Shown: one piece after another, positions 32,506-43,585 of the stretch | Position numbering within the stretch: the stretch's first letter is position 1 | Layout: every line of letters begins with the position of its first letter | IMG/VR virus record: IMGVR_UViG_3300023235_000008 | Coordinates: 166,060-230,059 of that record | DNA length: 64,000 nt | Direction: 5' to 3' (one strand) | Made by a program: the position numbers and the translations under genes | Notes under the pieces: generated by a model | What the model saw: the letters and a program-made list of their open reading frames with translations, nothing else | What the model was told of the DNA's origin: nothing | Databases searched by the model: none

Positions 32506-34635
32506 TTAAGCGATAGCCGAACGACCAATATTATAGTAGGTATCTATTGATACACCATTACCATCCGTGAATGTTCCACCATTATTAGCCCATTTTTTAA
32601 CATCGCCCGGACCTTTAAGATGCGAAGCCATAATCAAACCAGCTTGTTCTTGCGTTGTGGTAGATGCTTTAATAACACCAATACGTTTCAGTGTTGCTAC
32701 ATTACGGTCGGTAAATGTTTCCATAGCTGCTTCTTGACCTTCTTTTGAAGCTAGAAAATCAGGGCGACTTCCTACGCCTTCTTTACCAGTCCACACATTA
32801 GGGTCTTGTAGAACATCATTAATATTTCTAAATGAATAACCTGCCTGCTGTGCCGAAGCAAACGTTCCCGGTTTAACGTATCCCGCATCCTCAAGTGCTG
32901 CCAATCCCATTTGATATTTACCAAGATATCCAAACTGGTTAACAGCCTGATAATTATTGGAACTTTCACGTTGTCCGATTGCTGCAAGTAAACGCTTTGT
33001 TTCTTCCGCAGAAAGATCACCTACCGCACCATTTGGTTCAGGTTGTTTAATTACTGCGCCTCGTGTAACACGATCTGCTTTATCTAAATATTTTGTTCTG
33101 GCTTGCGTTGGTCCCGGTTTAGTAGGGGTATCATCCAATTCAGCAGTAGTAGCTGCCTGTGCTGCCTGTCGATTAGCAAGATCAATCTGTTCCTGTTTAT
33201 CTTCGCCTCGTGATTTAAATGGTTCGTGTGTAGGCACACGGGATACAATGGTATTAATCGTACCGTCACTAACCATCCAAAATCCATTACCCGTGCGTAT
33301 TGTGTCATCCACGGGAACTTTGGCTAACGCAACAGGTGTTCCCGAAACGCCGCCAGCACCATTTCCCAGTTCAACGCAACTTCCATCAATTTTAACATCG
33401 CCGCCCGCATTAAGATTAATAGTACCGGATGCGTCGAGATTAACCGCCGATCCTTTTATATCAACCGCACGGGATGAATCTAACTTTATACCCGTAGTAG
33501 TAGATTTTAAATCTATATTACCAGCATCAACTTGGAATTTTCCTTCAGCAAGGATACTGATATTTTTCTTAGCGTGCATATTAATATTACTATCAGCGTA
33601 TAAATTCATATTATTTGAACGTACATTAACACTAGATTGCGAATATATATCAAGCGTTCCACTATTATCCATTTCAATCCATACTGTTCCTTTGGCATTT
33701 CCGATATACACAACGCCCTCGGTATCATGTAACAAAATTTGATGACCTGATGCCGAACGCATTCGGACAAGATTGTTTTTTCCTTCAATGTCGCCATCGT
33801 CGAGAACTACGCTATGTCCTTGCTTGCGTGTTGCGAATTTAAATGCATCTAACTCTTTGCCAGTCAAATCACTGATGCGATTCCCGGAAAGTTTTTCAAT
33901 AATAGATGCATTATCTTTAGCATCATACACAGGGCGTCCCTTTGTGCTAATACCAAAAACGTTACTCGGTGTTTCTCGTTGGGCTGAACTTGTAGTATGC
34001 CCACGAATTAAATCACCATTCAATCCCTGTTCTTTATATACACTATTCAAGTATTTATTAATCGGCTTTTCTTTAACCATTGGGTTAGGCACATTTTCAT
34101 GGTGTGACATCGTGCCCGTTTTGATGGGATCGTAAAATTCACCGACTGCCTGTGCTGTATCATATTTTCCAGTAGATGGGTCTAAAAACTCCTTTTCTGG
34201 GTCCGTGTCTGCGTCCCAAAATATAGAACTAGCAAACCCCGGCAACGAATGGTTGTTATAACGGTCCTGCACACATGCAATCCAAAAACCTTGGTTTGTA
34301 TCGCCATTCGCAAAAATAACTAATACTTCCGATCCAATATCCGGCTGCTGTAACCACATGCCTGAAGTTTGTGTTGACGATGCATAGTCACCATTTTTAC
34401 CATCGGCTCGGGTGTGACTTATAAATGGACTTGCAAACCTAACATCAAGTCGTTCGCTGTAATCCGATGCCAAGTTTGGAATGTATACAGAAATAGTACC
34501 AGTGCGTTTGTTATCAACATTATTCATAACAACTGCTATATATGGACCTGAATCAAGGTATGCGCCCGGTTCCCGATCTGGTCTGTTGGTTTTATCACCG
34601 CCTCGTGTGGATTGACCTCGTGTATTTAATGCCAT
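32506..34635 (-). CDS. gp5: Baseplate hub/needle protein, gp5/VgrG-like, with C-terminal lysozyme-like domain
   Basis: OB-fold GMWLQQPDIGSEVLV, GHQILLHD beta-helix, NQFGYLGKYQMG. Confidence 0.8.
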   Translation of the reverse strand: MALNTRGQSTRGGDKTNRPDREPGAYLDSGPYIAVVMNNVDNKRTGTISVYIPNLASDYSERLDVRFASPFISHTRADGKNGDYASSTQTSGMWLQQPDIGSEVLVIFANGDTNQGFWIACVQDRYNNHSLPGFASSIFWDADTDPEKEFLDPSTGKYDTAQAVGEFYDPIKTGTMSHHENVPNPMVKEKPINKYLNSVYKEQGLNGDLIRGHTTSSAQRETPSNVFGISTKGRPVYDAKDNASIIEKLSGNRISDLTGKELDAFKFATRKQGHSVVLDDGDIEGKNNLVRMRSASGHQILLHDTEGVVYIGNAKGTVWIEMDNSGTLDIYSQSSVNVRSNNMNLYADSNINMHAKKNISILAEGKFQVDAGNIDLKSTTTGIKLDSSRAVDIKGSAVNLDASGTINLNAGGDVKIDGSCVELGNGAGGVSGTPVALAKVPVDDTIRTGNGFWMVSDGTINTIVSRVPTHEPFKSRGEDKQEQIDLANRQAAQAATTAELDDTPTKPGPTQARTKYLDKADRVTRGAVIKQPEPNGAVGDLSAEETKRLLAAIGQRESSNNYQAVNQFGYLGKYQMGLAALEDAGYVKPGTFASAQQAGYSFRNINDVLQDPNVWTGKEGVGSRPDFLASKEGQEAAMETFTDRNVATLKRIGVIKASTTTQEQAGLIMASHLKGPGDVKKWANNGGTFTDGNGVSIDTYYNIGRSAIA

Positions 34636-34651
34636 ATATCAATTTATCCTA

Positions 34652-37651
34652 TTAATTGTATTTGAATTTTTTCTGTAAGGCGGCAGTAGCTTGCTGGAAA
34701 GACTCGTCTGACAATCCAGCCGCTCTTGATTCATTCAACTTATTACGAAGTCTTACGTACTCATTAAATCTAGCTCTTTCCGTTCTTGACATATTTGTGG
34801 TATCCCGAACCACATCATCGAATGGATTTTGATTAACCGTTGCCTTGCCTACATCGTTCTTAGTGTTAAGTTCGTCAGTGCCACCAAGATTTTTACTTAA
34901 TGCGGCTTGACGTAAGGCGAGTTGTCGATTGTCTTGTAAAAGTTGCCCTCTTGATTGATAATCAGCAAGTGCTATTGAATCTTCGCCGCCATCATCTGAC
35001 CCATTAGTTACATCATCTGACCCATTAGTTACACTAACGGTAGAAATATATTGGGTATTCAGTTTGTTTTTTTCAATGCACTTTTGTCTTTCTTCCTGCG
35101 CTTCTTTACGTTCTTTATTGATTTTATCAACATCCACCTTTTCTTTAGTTTTTAGAAGTCTTACGCCTCGTAAAGTCTGATTGAACTGCCCGCCCGTAAA
35201 TGTATGATCGACGTGCGTTACTCGATATATGCCACTAAACTGGTCACTTGATCTATATTTATTAGACGAGTTTTCAGCGAGTTGCATAAGACCATCGCTG
35301 CCGTAATCTGATGGAAACTTAAAGTTCATATTTATAAGCAGATCGCCGTAATCATAGTTAATGGTTCCGTCATCTAAGAATGCTGTCATTGGTAGATTAT
35401 TCAGTGGATCAATATGATCCTGACTATAAATCTCTGATTGCATAATGAACGCAGGGTCACCGATGATATTTAACTTCAAACCAATCATTTCTGGTCCCTC
35501 GGTCAAAACGGTCTTTGCCAAATCTCTTGCGGATAAAGCTAACGAACCCTGACCTTTATCTGGAAGTCCAGAACTTACCGCTTTAGGCTTTGCCGAATAA
35601 TGCACTGGTGTATTTACATCACCTGATTCATTTTCTGGATCATCCGCTTCCTGTGCTTCGTCACCAATACCAAGGGTAGATTGTCTGTAATATGCAATAT
35701 TATATTTGATGTCAAAATCAAGAACATCTGTGTTTTGTCCAGTATAAATGTAATCATATTGCTTATGATATCCATTACCTTTAGGATTTCCACGAGGTGC
35801 TTTCGGGTAGTTAATATTAAATACCATATAAGGCGATATAGTATACCTGATCTTGTATGCGAAGCGACCTATTTTACTATCCCACTCACCTAACAAAACA
35901 CGAGGTGTTATTTTAAACCATTTAAGCGGTTTGTTTTTATCATTGTCGGTTGATTTAAGCTGATCCTGAATGTAAGAACTATGCAGCATAATAACTTCAA
36001 TAACCTTAATAATACTTGTTCCTGCATTTAATCGCAAGGTGGTTTTATCAACCAACTTATATGATGACGGGCTGATACTTGACACGAAATGCTGCAAGAA
36101 AGCGTTGTTTTCATAGGTAGAGGTGTTAGGTATATTTTCAAGCTGAAGTGAATCATATTCGATAGCACTCTTGCCTATATCTTCATAAAACACAAACTCA
36201 ACAGTATCAGGATAATCCCGTCTACGTATGGATTCGCCCGGACAACCAGCAGATGTTGAAAGTTTCTTTCTCATTTCTGCTGGCAAAAAGCGACTTTGTG
36301 CTGCCAGATTATTACTGGTCAATGAGATATAATATTTATTAAGCAAGTCTTCTAAGCTTTCAAAACTATAGGTTGATACATCTCTTGTCGTAGGAGCTAC
36401 GTCACTATTATTCGCACGAGCCGATTGTGAGGCTTTATCATTCCTAATTTTGTCTTTGTCTCTATCCACTTTATCGAATACAGTGACACTGTTATTCAAA
36501 AAATCTTCAACTGTCTTTCCTGCAATCTGAATCATCTTGGGCAAAACAATACTTGTGGTTGACATTGCTTCCTGATTATATGGCACGGCATTTATTGCAT
36601 ACGTGGCACCACCTTCATTCGCATCAAATGTCAACGAAGTTAGTTTTACTGGAATATATCGGGTGGCGTTGTCAATCTTTTTAGGAACGCCATCTTTGTC
36701 ATATCCGACAAACGTAATCTTGATAAGATATGGGAGCTGCGAATACATCTTCGGACGTAGACCGGGCTTGAATGTATCACGAACCATATTTTCAATACGT
36801 TCAAGTAACGTCACACCATATGGCTCAATGATTTTAAAGCTGACATTAGTGACGTTCGTATTTTTACTTTTACCAGTAGTTGGCGTTACCGTTTTCATTT
36901 CAAGGTCATCAATATAGAAAGTATCATCAAACTCACTATTACGCATTCCTACTGGATATCGCTTGTCTCCTGAACTAATAATAAGACGATTGCGTACAGC
37001 AGCAATAGATGTTGGGTTCAATACCATCGTATTATATGTATCATCGTCTAATAAATACAAATCAATATTATATGTATAGTTCGAATATGCATCCAAAATA
37101 TTATCCTGTTTATCGATATTCAGTTTTATTTCTTGTCTATTTACAGCGACAGATTGTGATTCACCACTAATAGATTTTTCAGGTGTCGATTTACGGGCAA
37201 AAGAATGATCGTCATCGTTGCCACTTGTTTTTGGTGGATTTATTTTGCGATAATCTTCATCATATACGTCAATCCCATCCCTGCCTTGTGATGGTTTCTT
37301 TTTTAATTCATCGATATGCTGCTTGTTTGCTACTCGTGCAGATACCGCATCCCGTTCATTTTTCAATGCTCGACTTTGCTCGATGGTAATAGTATCACGG
37401 GTTTCAAAAGCATCTTGCGCTGCATCATCAACTATACTTTGCGTAGAAGTTGCTGTGGCTCGCTGTTGATTAATATTGTTCGATAAATCCGAAACACTTA
37501 CATCAATCCCTGATGCTTCTGGTTCCTCAACAACATCACTCCAAAACGACGATGGAAATGGTGGTTGCGGGGTTTCTATTTTTTTTGGGTCGGTAAAATC
37601 GCCACCGTAATCGCCTTCACCTACGCCGCCATTAACGTCTACTTCAGCCAT
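34652..37651 (-). CDS. Baseplate hub/tail protein
   Basis: NILDAYSNYTYN, FKIIEPYG, YDYIYTG, I.GDPAF motifs of jumbo-phage hub proteins. Confidence 0.7.
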   Translation of the reverse strand: MAEVDVNGGVGEGDYGGDFTDPKKIETPQPPFPSSFWSDVVEEPEASGIDVSVSDLSNNINQQRATATSTQSIVDDAAQDAFETRDTITIEQSRALKNERDAVSARVANKQHIDELKKKPSQGRDGIDVYDEDYRKINPPKTSGNDDDHSFARKSTPEKSISGESQSVAVNRQEIKLNIDKQDNILDAYSNYTYNIDLYLLDDDTYNTMVLNPTSIAAVRNRLIISSGDKRYPVGMRNSEFDDTFYIDDLEMKTVTPTTGKSKNTNVTNVSFKIIEPYGVTLLERIENMVRDTFKPGLRPKMYSQLPYLIKITFVGYDKDGVPKKIDNATRYIPVKLTSLTFDANEGGATYAINAVPYNQEAMSTTSIVLPKMIQIAGKTVEDFLNNSVTVFDKVDRDKDKIRNDKASQSARANNSDVAPTTRDVSTYSFESLEDLLNKYYISLTSNNLAAQSRFLPAEMRKKLSTSAGCPGESIRRRDYPDTVEFVFYEDIGKSAIEYDSLQLENIPNTSTYENNAFLQHFVSSISPSSYKLVDKTTLRLNAGTSIIKVIEVIMLHSSYIQDQLKSTDNDKNKPLKWFKITPRVLLGEWDSKIGRFAYKIRYTISPYMVFNINYPKAPRGNPKGNGYHKQYDYIYTGQNTDVLDFDIKYNIAYYRQSTLGIGDEAQEADDPENESGDVNTPVHYSAKPKAVSSGLPDKGQGSLALSARDLAKTVLTEGPEMIGLKLNIIGDPAFIMQSEIYSQDHIDPLNNLPMTAFLDDGTINYDYGDLLINMNFKFPSDYGSDGLMQLAENSSNKYRSSDQFSGIYRVTHVDHTFTGGQFNQTLRGVRLLKTKEKVDVDKINKERKEAQEERQKCIEKNKLNTQYISTVSVTNGSDDVTNGSDDGGEDSIALADYQSRGQLLQDNRQLALRQAALSKNLGGTDELNTKNDVGKATVNQNPFDDVVRDTTNMSRTERARFNEYVRLRNKLNESRAAGLSDESFQQATAALQKKFKYN

Positions 37652-37652
37652 T

Positions 37653-37955
37653 TTATAATCCTAATGATTCAATAAGTGTTGCCTGTTTAGGTAGGTATAA
37701 AGATACCCCTGCACTAAAATCCCAAATAGGGTCTTCAAAAGTGTTTGGATTACGAGCAGCAAATACCCACCATAATCCAGCATCGCCATAAAGGTCATAT
37801 GCCAACATATCTGGGCGGTATTGATACACTTGTTGAATCTCATATACAACATCGTCTGGCGCACGGGGTATCGGACGTTTGGTCATAACGTCCAGATAGT
37901 TTCCAAATCTACCAGTATCAAGATAGGGTGAGGTCGAAGTATACGAAACAGCCAT
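37653..37955 (-). CDS. gp53: Baseplate wedge gp53/LysM-like protein
   Basis: YQYRPDMLAYDLYGDAGLWWVF. Confidence 0.7.
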   Translation of the reverse strand: MAVSYTSTSPYLDTGRFGNYLDVMTKRPIPRAPDDVVYEIQQVYQYRPDMLAYDLYGDAGLWWVFAARNPNTFEDPIWDFSAGVSLYLPKQATLIESLGL

Positions 37956-38863
37956 TAAATAAATCCGCCTTTATCAATAAGTCGTCCTGCCGCAAAGTCA
38001 CTAAGTCCAAACTGCTTCATTTGATCACGACTATATAGCGGCTGAAGTCCAACTGTAATATTAGTTCTTGTTGGCACACGTGTAGGCCGCTGCAATAGAT
38101 TCTCGATGCGGCGTTCGGCACCACTGCCATCTGCACGTGTATTTCCAGTATTAATACTATCGATGGTATTAACAAACGCATTAATATAATCAACGTCGCC
38201 GCTAAAATCTGAGTTAAAAGTAGTCACTACCACTGGAACATCTTTAAAAATATGATCGCCATATCCATTCAATCGTAGAACAGGCGGCGGGGTTCCTGCA
38301 TTTTGATCATTGCCAAAAAACATTTTAGTTACACTACGTAAAAAAGTAATAGTTGCTACAATATATGCAGCTTCTAATGCATTTTGTGCCGTGAATTCAC
38401 CAGTTACTTGGATTTGATCAACCGCCGAAGAACCATAAAAGAACTGCGGATAGTTACTATGTGTAGGTTGCGATGATGCATATGATGCACTATGCGAAAG
38501 CATTACTTGTGGTGTATATGGCCATATAAGACCAGCCGTTGCTGCTAATGGACGCATTACTGCATTCGCCGTATCATTGTAAAAATACGGGTTCTTTGGT
38601 GGTAAACTAAGTCTAACACGCCAATCCTGCTCATTAAACTTAGCAGTAGTCGGTGTTCTATCTGATGCTTGTGCACCAGCTGATAATCCTGCATTTCCCA
38701 AACGTCGGTCTTTTGGATTAACAATATTCCCAACCACATCCTTCGCTTGTCTAAGAACCGAGTTCAAGCCACGTGAAATATCAACACCAAACAAACTATT
38801 AGTTTGATTTTGACTTGAAGGTAGACGATTATTACTTGGTGCTACTGGTGGCATTTTATTCAC
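37955..38863 (-). CDS. Baseplate-tail tube junction protein (gp48/gp54-like)
   Basis: GLIWPYTP, FFGNDQNAGTPPPVLRLNGYG. Confidence 0.65.
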   Translation of the reverse strand: MNKMPPVAPSNNRLPSSQNQTNSLFGVDISRGLNSVLRQAKDVVGNIVNPKDRRLGNAGLSAGAQASDRTPTTAKFNEQDWRVRLSLPPKNPYFYNDTANAVMRPLAATAGLIWPYTPQVMLSHSASYASSQPTHSNYPQFFYGSSAVDQIQVTGEFTAQNALEAAYIVATITFLRSVTKMFFGNDQNAGTPPPVLRLNGYGDHIFKDVPVVVTTFNSDFSGDVDYINAFVNTIDSINTGNTRADGSGAERRIENLLQRPTRVPTRTNITVGLQPLYSRDQMKQFGLSDFAAGRLIDKGGFI

Positions 38864-38961
38864 TTTTTCCTTGCATTTACTATAGTATTTATGCTATTAT
38901 TAATGTACGTATATAATACAGTAATAAATAGTATTATACTTTTTTAACCCCAAGGACAGGA

Positions 38962-40788
38962 ATGGCTAGACAAAAATATTTAAACAACAGAGACTTATTA
39001 CGTCAAATACACCTAAGTAAGAACACATATTGTTCATTCGTAGACGATTATTTCAAAGATTATGATATCATCCTACCATCAATTGACAGGATCAACATCC
39101 GAACAATCGCCGAAGCAAAAAGAAATCGTGCGGATCGTCTTCAGAAAAATCAGTTTCATATAGCAAAGAAAGCTGGTGAAACCGTCAAGTTAAGTGATTT
39201 TGAACTATTAAACTGGAAAAAGATTCCAAAACAAGATGTGGTATTTCGTGTCCATACCTTTGACCATATTCCCGAAGAACCGGGTCGTAAGAAAAATCCT
39301 AAATCAGTAGCAGACCGGCACGTGCGATTATATTTCCCGCCGTTTGCACATTATTCATTTAATGATGATAATGAACTTATTATGGTAGGAAAATCGCATT
39401 GGGAAGGCGGAATGGATAATGGATATTTCAAGGAAGATCGTGGACGAATGACCGATGAACTTGGTCGTATGTTTATGAAACTGTGCGAACGCTATGGTTC
39501 AAGATATAACTGGCGCGGATATTGTGTCGATGAAAAAACGGAAGCGTTGACACAACGAGGGTGGTTGGGAATAAACGAAATCACCGATCACGATACCATT
39601 CTATCGTATACCGACAACAAGCTAACGTGGTCATCCATTAAATCAATATTCAGAGATGATTTTGATGGAAAAATGTTCAAGATGACAGTTCGCGGGATGG
39701 ATGCATTAGTAACTCCTCGCCATAAATTTATTACCGACTCTGGGTTAAAAGAAGTTGAATACATTTTGGAAAAAGATAAAATTATTTTAACTGGTGAGCC
39801 AGTAGAAGATGGCGAAAGCATTCACAGCGATGCATTCGTTGAACTCATCGGTTGGATTGTTACTGAGGGAAATTTCTATAACGATAAATCACGAAATTAT
39901 ACCAGAATATCTGTGTATCAAAACGAAGGCACTCACGCTGATAGAATTCGTGAATGTCTACATTCACTAAATGCTGGTTTTTCAGAAAGTATACTCGATA
40001 AATTGATTTCTTTCACATTAAACAAAGACATATGCAATAAAGTAAATGATGTGATAACAGATAAAGTCCTGCCAATGGATTTTATTTTATCATTAACACA
40101 AAAACAGAGATCACTTCTCATCGATACCATGATTGATGGGGATGGATGGATTAGAAGTGGCAACATGAAAAGCTATTGTCAGAAGGATAAGAAACACGTC
40201 GATAGTTTCTTAGCGCTATGTACTATTGCTGGCATCAGAACAACTCATAAGTTGAATGAAATCACATCATTTGGAAAACCAACGACTATATTCAATGTGA
40301 ATTTATTATCAGAAAAGAAAAATGTAACTCGCATGGAGAATGTAAACTTATATGAGGGTAAACGAAGTGGTAGCGGAAGAAGCAAAGTGCATCATCCAAA
40401 TGAACCAACTGTAGATTATCATGGGAAAGTATGGTGCCCGGAAACTGAGTACGGGTCGTTCATGGCACGTAGGAATGGCACAATTTATCTAACAGGAAAC
40501 ACATATAACGATGAAATGCAACAACAAGCGTTAATGCAGCTTTCACAGGTTGGACTTCAGTTCGACGAAAGTAAATCACAAAATCCATTTGCGTATTATA
40601 CCGCAATAATTAACGCTTCATTTACGAGAGTTTTAAATATCGAAAAACGTGGTCAAAATATACGGGATGATATTCTTGAAATGAACGGATTGACCCCAAG
40701 TTACACCCGACAAGCGTTGGCACAGCCAGATCAATGGCAAGCAGCAACTGATATAACCAAGGCGGGAAATAAGCCAAAGAAGAAATAA
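38962..40788 (+). CDS. gp55: Late-transcription sigma factor (gp55-like) with intein
   Basis: KYLNNRDLL, YNWRGY|TYNDEMQQQALMQLSQVGLQFDESKSQNPFAYYT; upstream of gp47. Confidence 0.8.
   Translation: MARQKYLNNRDLLRQIHLSKNTYCSFVDDYFKDYDIILPSIDRINIRTIAEAKRNRADRLQKNQFHIAKKAGETVKLSDFELLNWKKIPKQDVVFRVHTFDHIPEEPGRKKNPKSVADRHVRLYFPPFAHYSFNDDNELIMVGKSHWEGGMDNGYFKEDRGRMTDELGRMFMKLCERYGSRYNWRGYCVDEKTEALTQRGWLGINEITDHDTILSYTDNKLTWSSIKSIFRDDFDGKMFKMTVRGMDALVTPRHKFITDSGLKEVEYILEKDKIILTGEPVEDGESIHSDAFVELIGWIVTEGNFYNDKSRNYTRISVYQNEGTHADRIRECLHSLNAGFSESILDKLISFTLNKDICNKVNDVITDKVLPMDFILSLTQKQRSLLIDTMIDGDGWIRSGNMKSYCQKDKKHVDSFLALCTIAGIRTTHKLNEITSFGKPTTIFNVNLLSEKKNVTRMENVNLYEGKRSGSGRSKVHHPNEPTVDYHGKVWCPETEYGSFMARRNGTIYLTGNTYNDEMQQQALMQLSQVGLQFDESKSQNPFAYYTAIINASFTRVLNIEKRGQNIRDDILEMNGLTPSYTRQALAQPDQWQAATDITKAGNKPKKK
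39523..40500 (+). mobile_element. Intein (326 aa) with LAGLIDADG-type endonuclease
   Basis: C1 (CVDEKTEALT), VTPRH block B, LIGWIVTEG and MIDGDG, ends TGN|T. Confidence 0.85.
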
Positions 40789-42444
40789 TTATTTTTCCCA
40801 TATCCACACATTATTACCGCAATCCCAGAACCGATTGAATTTCAAGAACTTCATTATTTCCCACTCAGACCCCAAATAATGAAGTTCTTGTGGTAATTTA
40901 TGCTTTTGATATTTTATTCTACTTTCTACATTAAGTCCTTTGAAATACCAATAGTTAGGTTTAGAAGAATGGCTTTTCACGAATCCTAGATTAGAATAAA
41001 AATCCCCTTCTCCCCAAGACAAGTTCGCGTAACTAACTACTGATTTAAAATCATATGTGTTACACGCGAATTTGAATAATTTCGACCCCGCGCCTTGAAC
41101 ATTGTATCCATTCTTAGATGCAAATCTAAGCATCTCGTATTCATATTTTTTAGAATAACGAGTTCGCACAAATGTCATAACCGATACCAACTCATTATTA
41201 TGCATCAACCCTAATGAATATTTTGCATTAGCACTGCCTTGTAAGTGATTATTATTTAAGAACTCAGATGCTATTTTATTATCAATTATACTAATCGTGG
41301 TCTTTCGTGCGCCTATGCTGATTTGTGATTTTGATAATGCCGATCCAATCCTTGAAAATACAATATCAGATTTATGCTCCAATTCGTGTTCAAATACGTG
41401 CAATAACGTAATTCCAAGTTGCATACACTTTTTATGTTTAGATAAATGATACGATCTATCTTGATTGACTACTTCCGAATGCCAGTATAATCCGTTATAT
41501 TCAATAGCTACTTTTTGGTCTGGGCAATAAAAATCTAACTCACTTGGTCCAATAATTGTGCGATCTTGGTGGATGTATTTTATCTTTTGTTTATTCAAAT
41601 ATTGTCTGATTTTATATTCACCTACAGACTCGGTTTTAGGATGGCATATATAACATCGTGCGTTTAGTCCCGGTAGTATAGGTTGAGAAAATATATGATC
41701 GCATTGTTTACATTGCCAGTTAAATGACGCATCTGCTTGGGCGGTAGCATATTCGTTCATATCAAATAACGGAGTAGCGTTATCACGTATTTGAATGACA
41801 TCATTATATATACTGGACTTCAGCGTGATAGTTGTTTTTTTTGAAATCTCTGAATTTTGCGCAGGACGCGGGCTACCATATCTATCCTCAAATACATCAC
41901 ATGTCTTATCATAGATATTCTTGTTTTGCTGCGGGAACGAAACGCCATGATTTTCATAACAGGTATGTTGGGATTTGTGTTGGATGTCTACATTCATCAT
42001 AGGCGATACACTACCGTATCTATCAATACACGTTTTGGCAGCTTTGCGCTTTGTGGTGGATGTTTGACTAGCGAAGTCGCATCCATATACAATGTTATTT
42101 GTTGCTTTTCGTTTTTTAATTATATTAAGTTTCTCATCGTGCGATTTAGATTTTCGTTTAGTATCGGCATTCAACTTATTACATACGCATGTAGATTGAT
42201 TACCGCAATAATTCATGAAGCCCTTAGAAAGAGATAAAAAACGCTTAGGAACACCTTCGCCGCAGTTTACTGATTTTTCATTAATATCATTCAAGTACAT
42301 ATAGAATTTACCCATCATTGGTATAGATAAATCGCAATACAAGTTCAGTTCAGTTTGTAAGGTAGTATTTGTAGATAGCATTCTGCTTAATTTGATGGTT
42401 GATATATTTCCATCTCGGTATAGTTTAAGTATTTCTTGTAGCAT
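40789..42444 (-). mobile_element. Free-standing homing endonuclease (Hef/Vsr-like)
   Basis: ELDFY..AIEYNGLYWH..HVFEHE..FLNNNHLQG..RFWDCG; opposite strand, between gp55 and gp47. Confidence 0.75.
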
Positions 42445-42571
42445 TAAATTCTCCTTATATACTATTTATATGCGAACGGGTTGCGTAATGCAATATATAT
42501 TTAATATATTATATATATAGACATTACTCTTGCATATACGATATAATAGTATATAATAAAAAGGGCAACTA

Positions 42572-43585
42572 ATGAGTAATCTATTTAAAAAAGCTATTAT
42601 GTTTACTGATATTCATTTTGGCAACAAAAGTAATTCAAAACTACATAATCAAGATTGTGCCGATTTCGTTGATTGGATAATCACTGAAGGAAAGAAGAAC
42701 GATTGTGAAACTTGTTTCTTCTTAGGTGATTGGCATCACGCTCGTGCGAGCATCAATATTTTGACGCTAAACTACAGTCTACAAGCTTTAGAAAAACTAT
42801 CAAATGCTTTTAGTCAAGTATTCTTTATTCCCGGCAATCATGATTTATATTATCGTGATCGTCGGGATATTCAGAGTGCAGAATGGGCTAGAAACATTAA
42901 AGGCATTACCATCGTTAATGATTTCTTTAACGAAGGCGATGTGGCTATTGCACCATGGCTAGTAGGTGACGATCACAAGAAGGTAAAAAAGATGGAAGCA
43001 AAATATCTTCTTGGTCACTTTGAGTTGCCCCACTTCTACATGAACGCAATGGTGCGTATGCCTGATCACGGTGATATTACCGTGCATGATTTTAAGGGTG
43101 TCGAACAAGTCTATAGTGGTCACTTCCACCACAGACAGGTTCAGGGTAATGTGAAATACATTGGTAATGCATTTCCGCATAATTACTCCGATGCTTGGGA
43201 CGATGAGCGAGGCGCAACAATTATCCAATGGGGAGGTGAGCCAAATCACATCGCTTGGCCTGACGCACCCAAGTATCGCACCCTTAAACTCTCTACACTT
43301 CTAGAAAAACCAGATGAAATCCTATTACCAAAAACATTTGCACGGGTATCACTCGATATTGATATATCATATGAAGAAGCAAACTTTATTAAAGAAGAAT
43401 TTATGGACAAATATGACCTACGTGAATTAAATCTCATACCTACTAAAAACACCGAATATAAAGATGATTTTACAGGCGACGTTAACTTCAAAAGTGTGGA
43501 TACTATCGTATCATCACAACTAGAACAAGTTGAAAGTGACTTTTATGACCCAAAGATATTATTGGGATTATATAGGAACCTATAA
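42572..43585 (+). CDS. gp47: Recombination endonuclease subunit (Mre11/SbcD-like)
   Basis: TDIHFG, GDW, GNHD, GHF, SGHFH. Confidence 0.9.
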   Translation: MSNLFKKAIMFTDIHFGNKSNSKLHNQDCADFVDWIITEGKKNDCETCFFLGDWHHARASINILTLNYSLQALEKLSNAFSQVFFIPGNHDLYYRDRRDIQSAEWARNIKGITIVNDFFNEGDVAIAPWLVGDDHKKVKKMEAKYLLGHFELPHFYMNAMVRMPDHGDITVHDFKGVEQVYSGHFHHRQVQGNVKYIGNAFPHNYSDAWDDERGATIIQWGGEPNHIAWPDAPKYRTLKLSTLLEKPDEILLPKTFARVSLDIDISYEEANFIKEEFMDKYDLRELNLIPTKNTEYKDDFTGDVNFKSVDTIVSSQLEQVESDFYDPKILLGLYRNL

